Part shown: positions 45,749-55,742 of the stretch, in pieces
How the letters are laid out: each line of letters opens with the position of its first letter
Position numbering within the stretch: position 1 is the stretch's first letter
Origin: Bdellovibrionaceae bacterium UBA2339
Lineage (GTDB): Bacteria > Bdellovibrionota > Bdellovibrionia > Bdellovibrionales > JAMPXM01
Direction: 5' to 3'
Assembly (NCBI GenBank): GCA_002344785.1
Contig: DDUL01000033.1
Location: forward strand, 43,238-107,237
Length of the DNA stretch: 64,000 nt
Notes under the pieces: model-generated
The model's input: only the letters and a program-made list of their open reading frames with translations
The model's database searches: none
Told to the model about the DNA's origin: nothing
Program-made: the position numbers and the translations under genes

Positions 45749-47269
45749 ATGAATCGTCGACGATTTATTTCGAATTCTTTGAGTTTCTCCTCGGCCCTCT
45801 TGGTCCCATCGGTTTTGAATTTGTTCATGGGACCGGGCCGAGCTCACGCTCATCATCATGATCGCCCCGCGCCAGCGCCACATCCGCATCCACCTTCGCC
45901 GCCTTCTCGAACGGGGCCGACAGGGCCGATTGCCTTGGATTTTGAATTGCAAGCGGTGCCCGAGAGCTTTCATGTTTATTCGGATCGAGCCACGGAGATG
46001 TGGCGCTTTCGCGTCGGCACCGTGACCGCCGGAGCTTCGCAACTGAGTCACATTCCGGGGTCATTTCTCGGACCAACTTTGGAATTGCGACAAGGTCAGC
46101 GCTTGCGCGTGAAATTCGTCAATTCCATCACGCAAGCGTCCATCATCCACTGGCACGGGTTGGATGTGCCGATGGATCAAGATGGGCATCCCCATTCCGT
46201 CGTCGGCCCCGGCGACTCCTACCAGTATGACTTCGTGATTCCCAATCGCGCTGGACTCTATTTCTACCACCCACATCCGCACGGTAAAGTTGGCGAGCAG
46301 GTGAATCGGGGATTGGTGGGCTTACTCCGCGTTCGTGATGATGAAGAGGATGCGTTGGGATTGCCCGCCGATGAGAACGAGCACCTGATCGCTTTGATCG
46401 ATCGACGCGTGAATGCCGATCGGCAGTTTGAGTATATGACGGGCGGTGGTCATGACCACATGATGGGAATGCATGGCAACACATTGCTCATCAACGGTCA
46501 GACGCAAGCGCCTTTGAAAGTGAAGCGAGGTTGGCAGCGTTTGCGAATTGCAAACCTCTCGAACGCTCGGATCTACAACTTGCAATGGAGTGACGGACGC
46601 CCTCTCTCCATTATTGGCACAGACGGAGGTTTGCTCGAGTCCGCTGAGACTCGTCAGCAAGTCCTGTTGTCGCCGGCGGAGAGATTGGATGTCTTAGTCG
46701 ATCTCTCGAAGGCCAAAGAGGGCGACCAATTGTCTCTGCAAAGCGCACCGCTGGTTGCGGGTCGAGGATCGCCGTTTGACTTGATTCAGTTGCATTGCAC
46801 GTCTGAGATCGGTGCGGCGTGGACTATGCCGCAAACTCTTTGCCGCTTTGATCGAATTTCTGAGAGCGAAGCTATCAACGCTGCGCCTGGATCTGAGAAG
46901 ATCTTTACATTGGGAATATCTCAGCAAGAGGGTTGGACGATCGATGCTCTACCTTATGAGCCGGGAATTGTTCGCGCCAAAGAAACAGTTCGCTTCGGTG
47001 ACACGGAAATTTGGGAGTTCGACAACTCAGGTACGCATCTTCCACATCCCATTCACATTCACGGCGCGAGCTTCCAAGTCTTGAGTCGAACATCAGGTTC
47101 ATTCACGGGTGCGTTCGATTTGGGTTGGAAGGATACGGTGCTGTTACTGCCCGGAGATCGCGTGCGGCTCATCAAGCGCTTCAATACACATAAGGGCGAC
47201 TTCTTGTTTCATTGCCATAATCTTGAACATGAAGATCATGCGATGATGCGAGACTTCCGAATTCTTTAG
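45749..47269 (+). CDS. Tat-exported multicopper oxidase
   Basis: Twin-arginine signal MNRRRFISNSL..GRAHA, then a His/Pro-rich stretch. The copper ligand motifs are HWHG, HPHPHG, HPIHIHG and HCHNLEHEDHAMM. Confidence 0.9.
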   Translation: MNRRRFISNSLSFSSALLVPSVLNLFMGPGRAHAHHHDRPAPAPHPHPPSPPSRTGPTGPIALDFELQAVPESFHVYSDRATEMWRFRVGTVTAGASQLSHIPGSFLGPTLELRQGQRLRVKFVNSITQASIIHWHGLDVPMDQDGHPHSVVGPGDSYQYDFVIPNRAGLYFYHPHPHGKVGEQVNRGLVGLLRVRDDEEDALGLPADENEHLIALIDRRVNADRQFEYMTGGGHDHMMGMHGNTLLINGQTQAPLKVKRGWQRLRIANLSNARIYNLQWSDGRPLSIIGTDGGLLESAETRQQVLLSPAERLDVLVDLSKAKEGDQLSLQSAPLVAGRGSPFDLIQLHCTSEIGAAWTMPQTLCRFDRISESEAINAAPGSEKIFTLGISQQEGWTIDALPYEPGIVRAKETVRFGDTEIWEFDNSGTHLPHPIHIHGASFQVLSRTSGSFTGAFDLGWKDTVLLLPGDRVRLIKRFNTHKGDFLFHCHNLEHEDHAMMRDFRIL

Positions 47270-47305
47270 GGCTCAATCGCGCCTAAGCTTATTTGGGCTC
47301 GGACG

Positions 47306-47347
47306 CTGACGCCTTGCGAAATCAAAGGCGTTTGTCGGCGTCAGTTT
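47306..47347 (+). terminator. terminator candidate with two alternative hairpins after the multicopper oxidase gene
   Basis: The outer hairpin is CTGACGCC(47306-47313)/GGCGTCAG(47337-47344) followed by TTT. The inner hairpin is ACGCCTT(47309-47315)/AAGGCGT(47325-47331) followed by TTGT. The U-tracts are weak. Confidence 0.35.
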
Positions 47348-47476
47348 CCCGCTCAAAGCTCACAATTCGAAGCCTATGCGAGCCCTGCCTGTTTTGCTGC
47401 CAATGCGATTCGCGAACTGGATTGAAGTTGAAAAATTCCATCACGGAATCCGGCCTTTGCGCTATGTATTTTGAGC

Positions 47477-50400
47477 ATGTCCTTTGTTCATCTCCACGTT
47501 CATTCGCAATATTCGATGCTGGAGGCCAGCGTTCGGATCAAGAAGCTTTGCGAGCGCGCGCAAAAGCTTTCGATGCCAGCTGTGGCCTTGACCGACAATG
47601 GCAATCTCTATGGAGCGGCGGAGTTTTACTTTACGGCCAAGGACTTTGGCATTCGTCCCATCCTGGGCCTTGATGCCTACGTCGCGCCTAAAACTCGCTT
47701 CGTGAAGGGTGAGGATCGCGAGGCCGCCCAGATGCCGAATCGGCGGATCGTGCTGCTTGCCAGAGACTTCAAGGGCTATCAGGCCCTCTGCGAGATATCG
47801 ACAATCGGCTTTCATGAGGGTTTTTATTACAAGCCTCGAATTGACCGTGAAGTTCTCAAGCGACATTCGCAAGGACTCATCGCCCTCACCGGCGGAAGCC
47901 AAGGAGAGGTGGCGCACGCATTTCGACAGCATGGACCGGATGCGGCGCTGGCCTGCATTCGCGAACTGCATGCGATCTACGGCGAAAATTTATATCTGGA
48001 AATTTCGCGTACAGGCACACCGGATTGGTCCGAGTTCGGTCCGTTTTTGCAAGAGGCCTCGCGGATCACGGGTGTGCCGCTTGTGGCGACGAACAATGTT
48101 CATTACTTGGATCAAGCCGATCAAATCGCTCAAGAGGTTTTGGTTTGCATCGGTTCAAACAAAACTTTGCACGATGAATCTCGCTTTCGGCTAGGCAGTG
48201 ATCAGTTCTACTTCAAATCTTCTGAGGAAATGCGGACGCTGTTTCGCGATCTTCCTGAGGCCTGCGATCGAACTCTGCAAATTGCCGAGCAGTGTGATGT
48301 GAAGTTCAAACTCAAAGATGAGGCCGGCAAAGCCATTTATCATTTGCCGTATTTCACCTCTGACGACGGCAAATCACCTCAGGAATTGATTCGTCATAAG
48401 GTCTTCGAGGGACTTGAGGAGCGAGCATCGGAGTCCAGCGGCGGCGAGCATCCCATCACGGATGCGAACAAGGCCGCCTACGTCGATCGACTCGAATTCG
48501 AATTGGGCGTGATCGAGAAGATGGGTTTCACGAGCTACTTCTTGATCGTCCAAGACTTCATCAATTGGGCAAAGTCACAGGGGATTCCGGTTGGGCCTGG
48601 GCGAGGATCGGGTGCCGGTTCATTGGTGGCCTATTGTTTGCGAATCACAGATCTTGATCCTATTCCGTACTCACTACTCTTTGAGCGATTCCTGAATCCC
48701 GAACGAATCTCGATGCCGGACTTTGATATCGACTTCTGTCAAGACCGACGTCAGGAAGTCATTCAATACGTCACGGAAAAATATGGTGAAGCGAACGTTT
48801 CTCAGATCATCACCTATGGCAAGTTGCAAACTCGTGCGGCCATCAAGGATGTGGGCAGAGTTCTCGGGATGAGTTTTGCCGAGGTCGACGCTGTGACAAA
48901 GCTCGTACCCGAAAAGCTGGGCATCAGTATCACGGAAGCTCTGGAAGCTGAGCCGCGCTTGCGCGAACAGATGGAGCAAAATCCGCAAATCGCGAATCTC
49001 ATCGATCTGGCGCTCAAGATTGAAGGTTTGGTTCGTAACGCCGGCATCCACGCCGCAGGCGTGGTGATTGGCGACGCGCCGTTGGTGACGTACGCCCCTC
49101 TATGCCGTGGCGCAGATGATGAGCGCGTCGTCCAATTTGATATGAAGTGGGCCGAGAAAATCGGTTTGATTAAGTTCGACTTCTTGGGGCTGAAGACGCT
49201 CACGCATATCAAGAATGCATTGGACTTAATCCGAGAGAACCGCGGTCGAGAGCTCCGTCCGCAAGATATCCCCATACATGACAAGGGGATCTATGATCTC
49301 ATGTCACGCGGCGATCTGCTCGGAGTTTTCCAGTTTGAAGGTGAAGGCATCACCAATGCAGTGAAGTCGATTAAGCCGCGTTGTTTTGAAGACATCACCG
49401 CCATCAACGCGCTTTACCGCCCAGGTCCGATGGACATGATCCCGGACTATACGCGAAAAATGCATGGCGAAGAGTCCGTTGAGTATTTGTTCCCTGAGCT
49501 GGAACCCATTCTCAAGGAAACTTACGGCATTATCGTCTACCAAGAGCAGGTCATGGCCATCGCCTCGCGAATCGCGAGCTACTCGCTCGGCGAAGCGGAT
49601 ATGTTGCGTAGGGCGATGGGTAAAAAGATCGCCGAGGAAATGGCGAAGCAGAAAGCTCGATTCCTCGAAGGGGCCGAGCGAAATGGATTTGATCGGGAAA
49701 AAAGTGAGCAGCTCTTTGAGTTGATGGAGAAGTTCGCCAATTACGGCTTCAACAAGTCGCATGCGGCAGCCTACTGCGTGGTGAGTGCGCAGACTGCGTG
49801 GATCAAACGTTATTATCCGGTTGAATTTTACGCGGCACTCTTGTCGACGGAGATGTCGAACACCGACAACGTCGTTCGCTACGTCAAAGATGCTCAGGCA
49901 CACAAGATTCGCGTCGAGCCTCCCCACGTCAATCATAGTTCGTTTAAATTCACGGTTCGCGGCGACACGATTTATTACTCTCTTGGCGCGATCAAGGGCG
50001 TTGGCGAAGGAGCTGTGCAAGCGATCGTCGAGGCGCGCGAAAAGCTTGGGGGAGAATTTAAATCCCTCGATCAATTCTTTGCTACAGTTGATATCAAGAA
50101 GCTGAACAAGAAGGTGATTGAAGCCTTGGTTAAGGCGGGAGCTTTTGAGGGCTTTGGTCTGCATCAGGCGCAGATGATGGCCGGGCTCGAGTTGTTCTTT
50201 AAGCGGGCCGAAAATGTTCGCAGGACACGTGAAGTTGGGCAAAGTTCATTGTTTGATCTAAGCGGCGATGAAGAACAATCGGCGGCCAACGAAGAGATCA
50301 TTGTGCCAGAAGCGCAAGCTTGGTCGCGCTCAGAACGACTTCAGTATGAGAAGGAAGTTCTCGGCTTCTATTTGAGCGATCATCCACTGCAAGGCCTGGA

Positions 50401-51022
50401 TGCGCTCTACAAGACTTGGGTGAGCTCTAACATTTACGAACTTCGTCACGAATCGCCGGGTAAGCGTGTGGTGGTCGCTGGACTCGTGACGCAGTTTCGC
50501 GAGTTGATCAACAAAAAGGGCGCGCGTATGGCCTTTGCGCAACTCGAAGATCTGTCCGGCCAAGTGGAGTTGGTGATTTTTCCCGAGGCCTATCGGCAGG
50601 GTGAAATGGCGCTTAAAAGCGAGCAGCCCCTACTCGTTGGGGGGAAGCTTGAATTGAAAGCCGACTCACTCCGCGAAGATCAAAACGCTGAGGAGTCGGA
50701 GCAAGATCAGGATTCTCCAGTCAGCTGCAAAATCCTTGTCGATCGCGTGGCGACCTTGGATGAAGTTCTGGCGAAGTCGAAGGCCATGACGTTCCGTTTG
50801 GACTCGACGATGGTGAATCACCTGGACCATTTGCAGAAACTGCTTCGTAAGTATCCGGGCACGACGGGAATTCAGTTTGAAGTTCAGCTCGAGGAGTTCA
50901 AGAAGACCGTGACCCTTGAAGTGCAAGACCCTCAAGGCATCCGTCCCAATAAGGCCTTTTTTGATGATGTTCATGCTTTGTTTGGCCGAACTGACTTCGT
51001 TCAGATCGGTAAGAGCCTTTGA
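47477..51022 (+). CDS. dnaE: DNA polymerase III alpha subunit
   Basis: PHP domain FVHLHVHSQYSMLEAS, followed by the palm/fingers region (GPGRGSGAGSLVAYCLRITDLDP, PDFDIDF), HhH (NKSHAAAY) and OB-fold regions, about 1181 aa in total. Confidence 0.96.
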   Translation: MSFVHLHVHSQYSMLEASVRIKKLCERAQKLSMPAVALTDNGNLYGAAEFYFTAKDFGIRPILGLDAYVAPKTRFVKGEDREAAQMPNRRIVLLARDFKGYQALCEISTIGFHEGFYYKPRIDREVLKRHSQGLIALTGGSQGEVAHAFRQHGPDAALACIRELHAIYGENLYLEISRTGTPDWSEFGPFLQEASRITGVPLVATNNVHYLDQADQIAQEVLVCIGSNKTLHDESRFRLGSDQFYFKSSEEMRTLFRDLPEACDRTLQIAEQCDVKFKLKDEAGKAIYHLPYFTSDDGKSPQELIRHKVFEGLEERASESSGGEHPITDANKAAYVDRLEFELGVIEKMGFTSYFLIVQDFINWAKSQGIPVGPGRGSGAGSLVAYCLRITDLDPIPYSLLFERFLNPERISMPDFDIDFCQDRRQEVIQYVTEKYGEANVSQIITYGKLQTRAAIKDVGRVLGMSFAEVDAVTKLVPEKLGISITEALEAEPRLREQMEQNPQIANLIDLALKIEGLVRNAGIHAAGVVIGDAPLVTYAPLCRGADDERVVQFDMKWAEKIGLIKFDFLGLKTLTHIKNALDLIRENRGRELRPQDIPIHDKGIYDLMSRGDLLGVFQFEGEGITNAVKSIKPRCFEDITAINALYRPGPMDMIPDYTRKMHGEESVEYLFPELEPILKETYGIIVYQEQVMAIASRIASYSLGEADMLRRAMGKKIAEEMAKQKARFLEGAERNGFDREKSEQLFELMEKFANYGFNKSHAAAYCVVSAQTAWIKRYYPVEFYAALLSTEMSNTDNVVRYVKDAQAHKIRVEPPHVNHSSFKFTVRGDTIYYSLGAIKGVGEGAVQAIVEAREKLGGEFKSLDQFFATVDIKKLNKKVIEALVKAGAFEGFGLHQAQMMAGLELFFKRAENVRRTREVGQSSLFDLSGDEEQSAANEEIIVPEAQAWSRSERLQYEKEVLGFYLSDHPLQGLDALYKTWVSSNIYELRHESPGKRVVVAGLVTQFRELINKKGARMAFAQLEDLSGQVELVIFPEAYRQGEMALKSEQPLLVGGKLELKADSLREDQNAEESEQDQDSPVSCKILVDRVATLDEVLAKSKAMTFRLDSTMVNHLDHLQKLLRKYPGTTGIQFEVQLEEFKKTVTLEVQDPQGIRPNKAFFDDVHALFGRTDFVQIGKSL

Positions 51023-51138
51023 AAGCTGCAGAAGCGGCCTTGGCTCGATTGGCGTTGCGTCAGTCAGCGTCTAAAACTTGCGAGACTTCTCTGGGCCTTT
51101 CAGACTGATTCGTGAATCGACGAGTGAGGATTCACATC

Positions 51139-52398
51139 ATGATTGACTGGCAGAATCTTTGGCCTGAATTCCGTGCAAATCGACGCTCCGAAAAAATCTG
51201 CGGATTGGTCTTGGTGTTGGGCTTGAGTTTGGTTTGGATCAAGCCAACATGGGCCGACGAGTTGATGACGGTGACGAGTGAGCCCACGAGCAAAGCCGCA
51301 TCGTCGGCTGAAGCCTCTCGCGAAATCCAGATGAAGGCCTTAGCCGGAACGGCACGAGATCTCACGATTGAGATGATTGGCGAGGCTCGATACACGAAAA
51401 ATAGAGCTCTTGTTGAGTCGAAAATTGTGAAAGAGGCGCCTCGCTTTATTCCTTTTGTGGTGCCCGGTGAGTTGGTGCGCACTCCGGATGGCGGCTTTAA
51501 GGCTCAAGTTGAACTGAAAGTTTCAACGGTGAGCTTGAGGAAACTCATCATGGATTTGGGGCTTTTGAGTGACGGTCAAACACCGGTTTCGATCTTGCCG
51601 ATGTTGGCGGTGACGGATCGCTCGAAGACCTTGAGTTATCGATGGTGGAATGGTGATGGCGGCGACCCTCAGCGCCAAACACTGATGGAGTGGCATCGAG
51701 ATCTCCAAATTACTTTGCATCGGGAGCTCATGCGCCAAGGCTTTCATCTGTTGCTTCAGCCTGAGGGCAGCATGAGTTCCATATTGCCGATGGCGTTTAA
51801 AGTGGAAAGAGCCTCGCAACAAGACGTTCAAGATTTGGGGCAATTGACGGGTGCTTCGATGGTGTTGCGAGGTGATTTGCGAGTTCGAGAATCGAAAGAA
51901 GTCACCGGCGCATGGACTGTGCAAATTAAAATGGTCGTGGATCCTGTTGTCCGTGGTCGAAGTGTCGCGGAGGTTTCTCGCTCTTACGAAACCGAGATTG
52001 GCCCGACCGAGGTGGTCGTACGAAAAGTCATTCAAAAAGAGGCTGAGGAATTGTCGAAGGATTTGGCCACGCAAGTTTTTGAGGCATGGTCGCGTGGAAC
52101 ACTAACGACCACGCCACTGCGACTCGCAATTCGCGGTCAGTTTTCGCCACAACAGTTGGTTGAGATTCGTCAGCTCTTGCAGCGGGCTCACCGGGAAATC
52201 AAAGCGATTCGTGAACGAAGCATCGAGCAGGAGCGCGTGGATTTTGAGATCGACTGGAGCTCGACGCCGCAGGCATTTGTCGAAAAGATGAAGGCCATGG
52301 ACCTGCCTGGTTACCAAGAAAAAGTTTCGAGCGACGCCCAAGGTTCAGGTGATGGCAGTTCGGCGCCGTTTTTTCTAGAACTCAAATCCATGCAGTGA
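51139..52398 (+). CDS. hypothetical exported protein
   Basis: ATG 51139 is preceded by TGAGGA (the ORF-track start is GTG 51112). Signal-like ICGLVLVLGLSLVWIKPTWA. No firm motif. Confidence 0.55.
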   Translation: MIDWQNLWPEFRANRRSEKICGLVLVLGLSLVWIKPTWADELMTVTSEPTSKAASSAEASREIQMKALAGTARDLTIEMIGEARYTKNRALVESKIVKEAPRFIPFVVPGELVRTPDGGFKAQVELKVSTVSLRKLIMDLGLLSDGQTPVSILPMLAVTDRSKTLSYRWWNGDGGDPQRQTLMEWHRDLQITLHRELMRQGFHLLLQPEGSMSSILPMAFKVERASQQDVQDLGQLTGASMVLRGDLRVRESKEVTGAWTVQIKMVVDPVVRGRSVAEVSRSYETEIGPTEVVVRKVIQKEAEELSKDLATQVFEAWSRGTLTTTPLRLAIRGQFSPQQLVEIRQLLQRAHREIKAIRERSIEQERVDFEIDWSSTPQAFVEKMKAMDLPGYQEKVSSDAQGSGDGSSAPFFLELKSMQ

Positions 52399-52521
52399 CC
52401 TCGGCTCAAGGCCATGAGAGCACGACCAAGGGCTAGCTCAGAGCGAGGATCTGATCCAGAGTCCTTGCTCGATCTCCACTTCGCTGTCCAAAGACGTGCA
52501 ATTTCAAGTTAGCATAAAGGC

Positions 52522-53505
52522 ATGAGTGCAAGCCGAGTGCGCAATTTTTCACGACCTGTGTTCATGCTCGTGGGTATGTCCATGTTGGTATCGATCTCCG
52601 TGTCGTGCAGCCTTTTTGATCGACGAAGTCCCACCAAGGTTCAGAGTCAAGCGACGCCGGTTTTAAAGGATGTTCCGTTTGATGCTCGCGCCAGTAAAGA
52701 CGCCCCACTTCGAAAGCGTCTCATGGTTCTGCCTGTCATCAACTTGAGTGGCCCGGTCTCCGAGCGAGTGGCCGCGTCAGCACGCGAGAGTTTTTTGCGT
52801 CAATTGCGCCGTACGGATGACTTCGTGGTCATCGCGAACTCGGACTTTCCAAAAGACATCAACGCCTTCATCAAAGGCGATCACTTTGACTTGGAAAGTA
52901 TGGCCAAAGTCGCTTCGGCCATGGGGGTTTCCGGCATCCTGGAAACCAGCATCGTCGAGGTTAAAACTCGGCAGTTGGGCGATGAGGTTGGGTTGATGCG
53001 GAAGGTGCGGGCGAAGATGACAGCCAAAATCCGCATGCGAATGGTGAACGCTCGTAATGGAAGTGTGATTCTCGACGAAACTCGTGAGACTGAAGCGGAA
53101 GAGTCCACCACGCGGGTTGCGACTCGCAGTGCGCAGGACAAGTCCTTAGAGAATGATCCCGTATTGCTTGAAGCCACGCTCTCAAGAGCCTTTTCGAGTG
53201 TGATCCCAAAGATTGCACAAAGCCTTGAAAAGTTAAGCTGGGAAGGTCGAGTGGCCATGGTCAAAGGCGATCGAGTCTTTCTCAATGCTGGCCGGATTTC
53301 TGGTTTGCAGATTGGGGATGTCCTGCGGGTGTCTGAAGATGGAGAAGATGTTTACGATCCTGAAACCGGTGCGTTCATCGGACGAGTGCCCGGTCGGCTC
53401 AAAGGCACGATCGAAATTATCTCCTACTTTGGCAAGGATGGCGCCGTCGCGATCGTCCACTCGGGATCAGGATTCCGTGAAAATGACCTGGTCGAGCTTT
53501 ATTAA
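52522..53505 (+). CDS. hypothetical lipoprotein (LpoB/CsgG-like N-part, small beta-barrel C-domain)
   Basis: Lipobox MLVGMSMLVSISVSC. LMVLPVINLSG..DFVVI resembles the LpoB/CsgG-type alpha/beta fold. The C-terminal sequence is GDRVFLNAGRISGLQIGDVLRV..GTIEIISY. The family call is weak. Confidence 0.55.
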   Translation: MSASRVRNFSRPVFMLVGMSMLVSISVSCSLFDRRSPTKVQSQATPVLKDVPFDARASKDAPLRKRLMVLPVINLSGPVSERVAASARESFLRQLRRTDDFVVIANSDFPKDINAFIKGDHFDLESMAKVASAMGVSGILETSIVEVKTRQLGDEVGLMRKVRAKMTAKIRMRMVNARNGSVILDETRETEAEESTTRVATRSAQDKSLENDPVLLEATLSRAFSSVIPKIAQSLEKLSWEGRVAMVKGDRVFLNAGRISGLQIGDVLRVSEDGEDVYDPETGAFIGRVPGRLKGTIEIISYFGKDGAVAIVHSGSGFRENDLVELY

Positions 53506-53638
53506 CTGAGCCCGAAACTCCTCTGCAGTTGAACTCAAGTTGAGACATGGGGCCAAGACACTCGGGCAACGAGTAAGCCTGAAGCATTCATCAACTCTTA
53601 TCTGGCATTTTCCGCCATTTCTCATCACACTCTAGGGA

Positions 53639-54859
53639 GTGGCAAATTCAAAAATTCGACGCCTTTGCGTTTATTTGATGAACTCGTTGAGAGACCTTCT
53701 TCATTCGAGACGGGGAAGATTGGGTGGGCTTGAGCTCGCCCTCATTTTACTGATTCTGGTTTCATTGAGCTTCATCGCGTACCGAGTCTTTTTGCAGGGA
53801 AGACTCTTCAGCCCGCGCGACACATCCTCAACTCCCAAAGTTCAACAAGAGGCGCCGATTGCCAATATTGCGCCAACAGATAACATCTTGGTCGCTCGAT
53901 GGGGTGAGACGGCTCAGGCCCTGATGATGCGCATGCCGGTCATCAGCGATCCGACATGGGAAGAATTGGTGAAGTCCGCTAACGTGAGTGCTATTCGTCA
54001 GCCGCAAACTCAAGTCTGCCAGACGCTGAAGGCTCCACCGCACTCTTCGATTTCCATTACGGTCAATGGACTTGCTGAAAAGCTGACCAAAAATGAGGCT
54101 CAATTCTTGTTCGACACGCGTGCGGCACGCTGCTTTCGTAAGGGTGATGAATTGCAAGTGTTCAGCTACCGATATGAAGGTACGGCCCCCTACGTCCAGC
54201 ACCTTGGGCGCGTGAAAGTTAAAGACATTCTGCGAGTGGTTCTCGAGAAATTTCCCAAGGAACTTCAAGCCGCCCTTCAGCTTTCGGACTTCAATCTGAT
54301 CGACATTCTCAACTATTCCAATCGTGCGTTTGAGGCTCCTGGCACGCTGGTCAGAATTGGTGATTTCCAAGCGCCCGGAGAAGGCCAAGTCACAGAGCAA
54401 ACGCCAGAGGCGGCCTATCGGTATCAAGTCGCGGATCTCTCAACCTTAAGAGCCGAGGTCACGAATATCCGGCGACGCCATCCGGATTATAAAATATTTG
54501 TCATCGATGTTCGATCGACCAAAGAGTTTCAGGACTTCTCCGTGCCGAGTACGGCTCGAGTGCAGGTGCTGAATTTGCCGTTTACGATCCCACAGTTTGA
54601 GCAAGGTGGCCGAAGATTTCGTTGGAACGCCTCAGGCCTTGAGGTTGCGCGTGCGCAATTTGATCTCTCTAAAATGATCACGGTAACTTCTCAACATGAA
54701 GGCACACGAAGCGTGATTGTCGTTGTTGGGGCTGATGAATTTGACGGACGTGCCTTTTGGAGCCTCTATGCCTTTCACAAGGCCGATGTAGATCGAGTCT
54801 ACTGGGCTCGACAAGGCGTCAACAAACTCGCCAATGATCTCCTCGAACTTGAAAAGTGA
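53639..54859 (+). CDS. TM-anchored cysteine-less rhodanese-like domain protein (paralog B)
   Basis: Paralog of 31756-32871. Shared blocks are TWEELV/DWEKLL, ARCFRKGDELQVF/RSCFRVGGQAQLV, KIFVIDVRSTKEFQDFSVP/TIAVVDVRSEAEIADFAIP, GRRF/GRRY and VVVGADEFDGRAFW/IVVGADDFDGRPFW. The start is uncertain (GTG 53639, TTG 53675, ATG 53678). Confidence 0.6.
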   Translation: MANSKIRRLCVYLMNSLRDLLHSRRGRLGGLELALILLILVSLSFIAYRVFLQGRLFSPRDTSSTPKVQQEAPIANIAPTDNILVARWGETAQALMMRMPVISDPTWEELVKSANVSAIRQPQTQVCQTLKAPPHSSISITVNGLAEKLTKNEAQFLFDTRAARCFRKGDELQVFSYRYEGTAPYVQHLGRVKVKDILRVVLEKFPKELQAALQLSDFNLIDILNYSNRAFEAPGTLVRIGDFQAPGEGQVTEQTPEAAYRYQVADLSTLRAEVTNIRRRHPDYKIFVIDVRSTKEFQDFSVPSTARVQVLNLPFTIPQFEQGGRRFRWNASGLEVARAQFDLSKMITVTSQHEGTRSVIVVVGADEFDGRAFWSLYAFHKADVDRVYWARQGVNKLANDLLELEK

Positions 54860-54869
54860 ATTGCACTTC

Positions 54870-55742
54870 TTAAGGTTCCAGACGTGCGGGTGAAGAAAAT
54901 AGCGCGCGCGTTCCATGTCGCTTCAGTCCTCGGATCAGCCACCGCCAAGGCGCAAGGCAAGCTTTAAGAGGATTCCTGACGACATCCTCTCGTCCCAACG
55001 AACCTTCGACTCCAAAGGCTGCGAGGTCTCCTTCCGGAGACTTCCATGTTCCAAACATCCTGTCCCACACCGTCAACATTCCGCCATAGTGGACATCGCG
55101 CCATTTTAAATCTTTGGCGTGATGGAAGGCGTGAGTTCGAGGAGTCACAAATAAAAGTTCGACCCATGAATTTCCAATTCGTGATCCCAAATGTGAATAC
55201 GCTTGATAAAGACCATTGGTCCAACCAGCGCTCAACATTAAAAGTGGCGGAACTCCGACAATCGCGAGAGGTAAGTAGAACCAATAGGTCAGGGCCTTGT
55301 TGAAAAACGAAAGTCTTGTGCCCATCGAGAGATTGAAGTGCTCCGGCTGATGGTGCACCACATGCACGGTCCAGAGCAGCGAAGTCTGATGCATGAGACG
55401 ATGGTGCCAATAGTAAACAAAGTCGTTGAGAAGCAACGCTAAGAAAAAATCGGCGACCGTCCATTCAAACTTCAGCAAAGAGAAATTTCGAAAGAGATAA
55501 ATGTAAAGTGCGATCAATGGCGTTTGAAACACCAGTTTCCCAATCTGATGAAGCAGAATACTGCCAAAGTTGCTGAGTGTTTCGCCCATTGAATAATGGC
55601 GGGGACTACGGATGGCCTCGATGATTACGGAACCCAAGAGAATTGCGAAGATGAGAACTTCAAAGTTTTGTTCAAGCCAAAACTGGCTTTCCCAAGGCTT
55701 CCAGGTGATCCAATTCAAGGAGCTCACAGCTTCCTCAACCAT
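54870..55742 (-). CDS. fatty-acid-hydroxylase / sterol-desaturase-family membrane di-iron enzyme
   Basis: His boxes YYWHHRLMH, HVVHH and HAFHH sit within 4-5 TM segments. ATG 55742 overlaps the stop of 55735-56886 by 8 nt. The ORF-track start 55853 would overlap much more. Confidence 0.8.
   Translation of the reverse strand: MVEEAVSSLNWITWKPWESQFWLEQNFEVLIFAILLGSVIIEAIRSPRHYSMGETLSNFGSILLHQIGKLVFQTPLIALYIYLFRNFSLLKFEWTVADFFLALLLNDFVYYWHHRLMHQTSLLWTVHVVHHQPEHFNLSMGTRLSFFNKALTYWFYLPLAIVGVPPLLMLSAGWTNGLYQAYSHLGSRIGNSWVELLFVTPRTHAFHHAKDLKWRDVHYGGMLTVWDRMFGTWKSPEGDLAAFGVEGSLGREDVVRNPLKACLAPWRWLIRGLKRHGTRALFSSPARLEP

Noticed and set aside
49304-50242. 312-aa antisense ORF inside dnaE (similarly 44826-45662 inside guaA, 35681-36454 inside the thiolase gene, 22339-22896 inside the FG-GAP gene, 18-620 opposite ORF 1)
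   Set aside because: The sense strands carry unambiguous conserved family motifs. The antisense translations are Arg/Ser/Leu/Pro-rich with no motifs. Long shadow ORFs are expected at this GC content.
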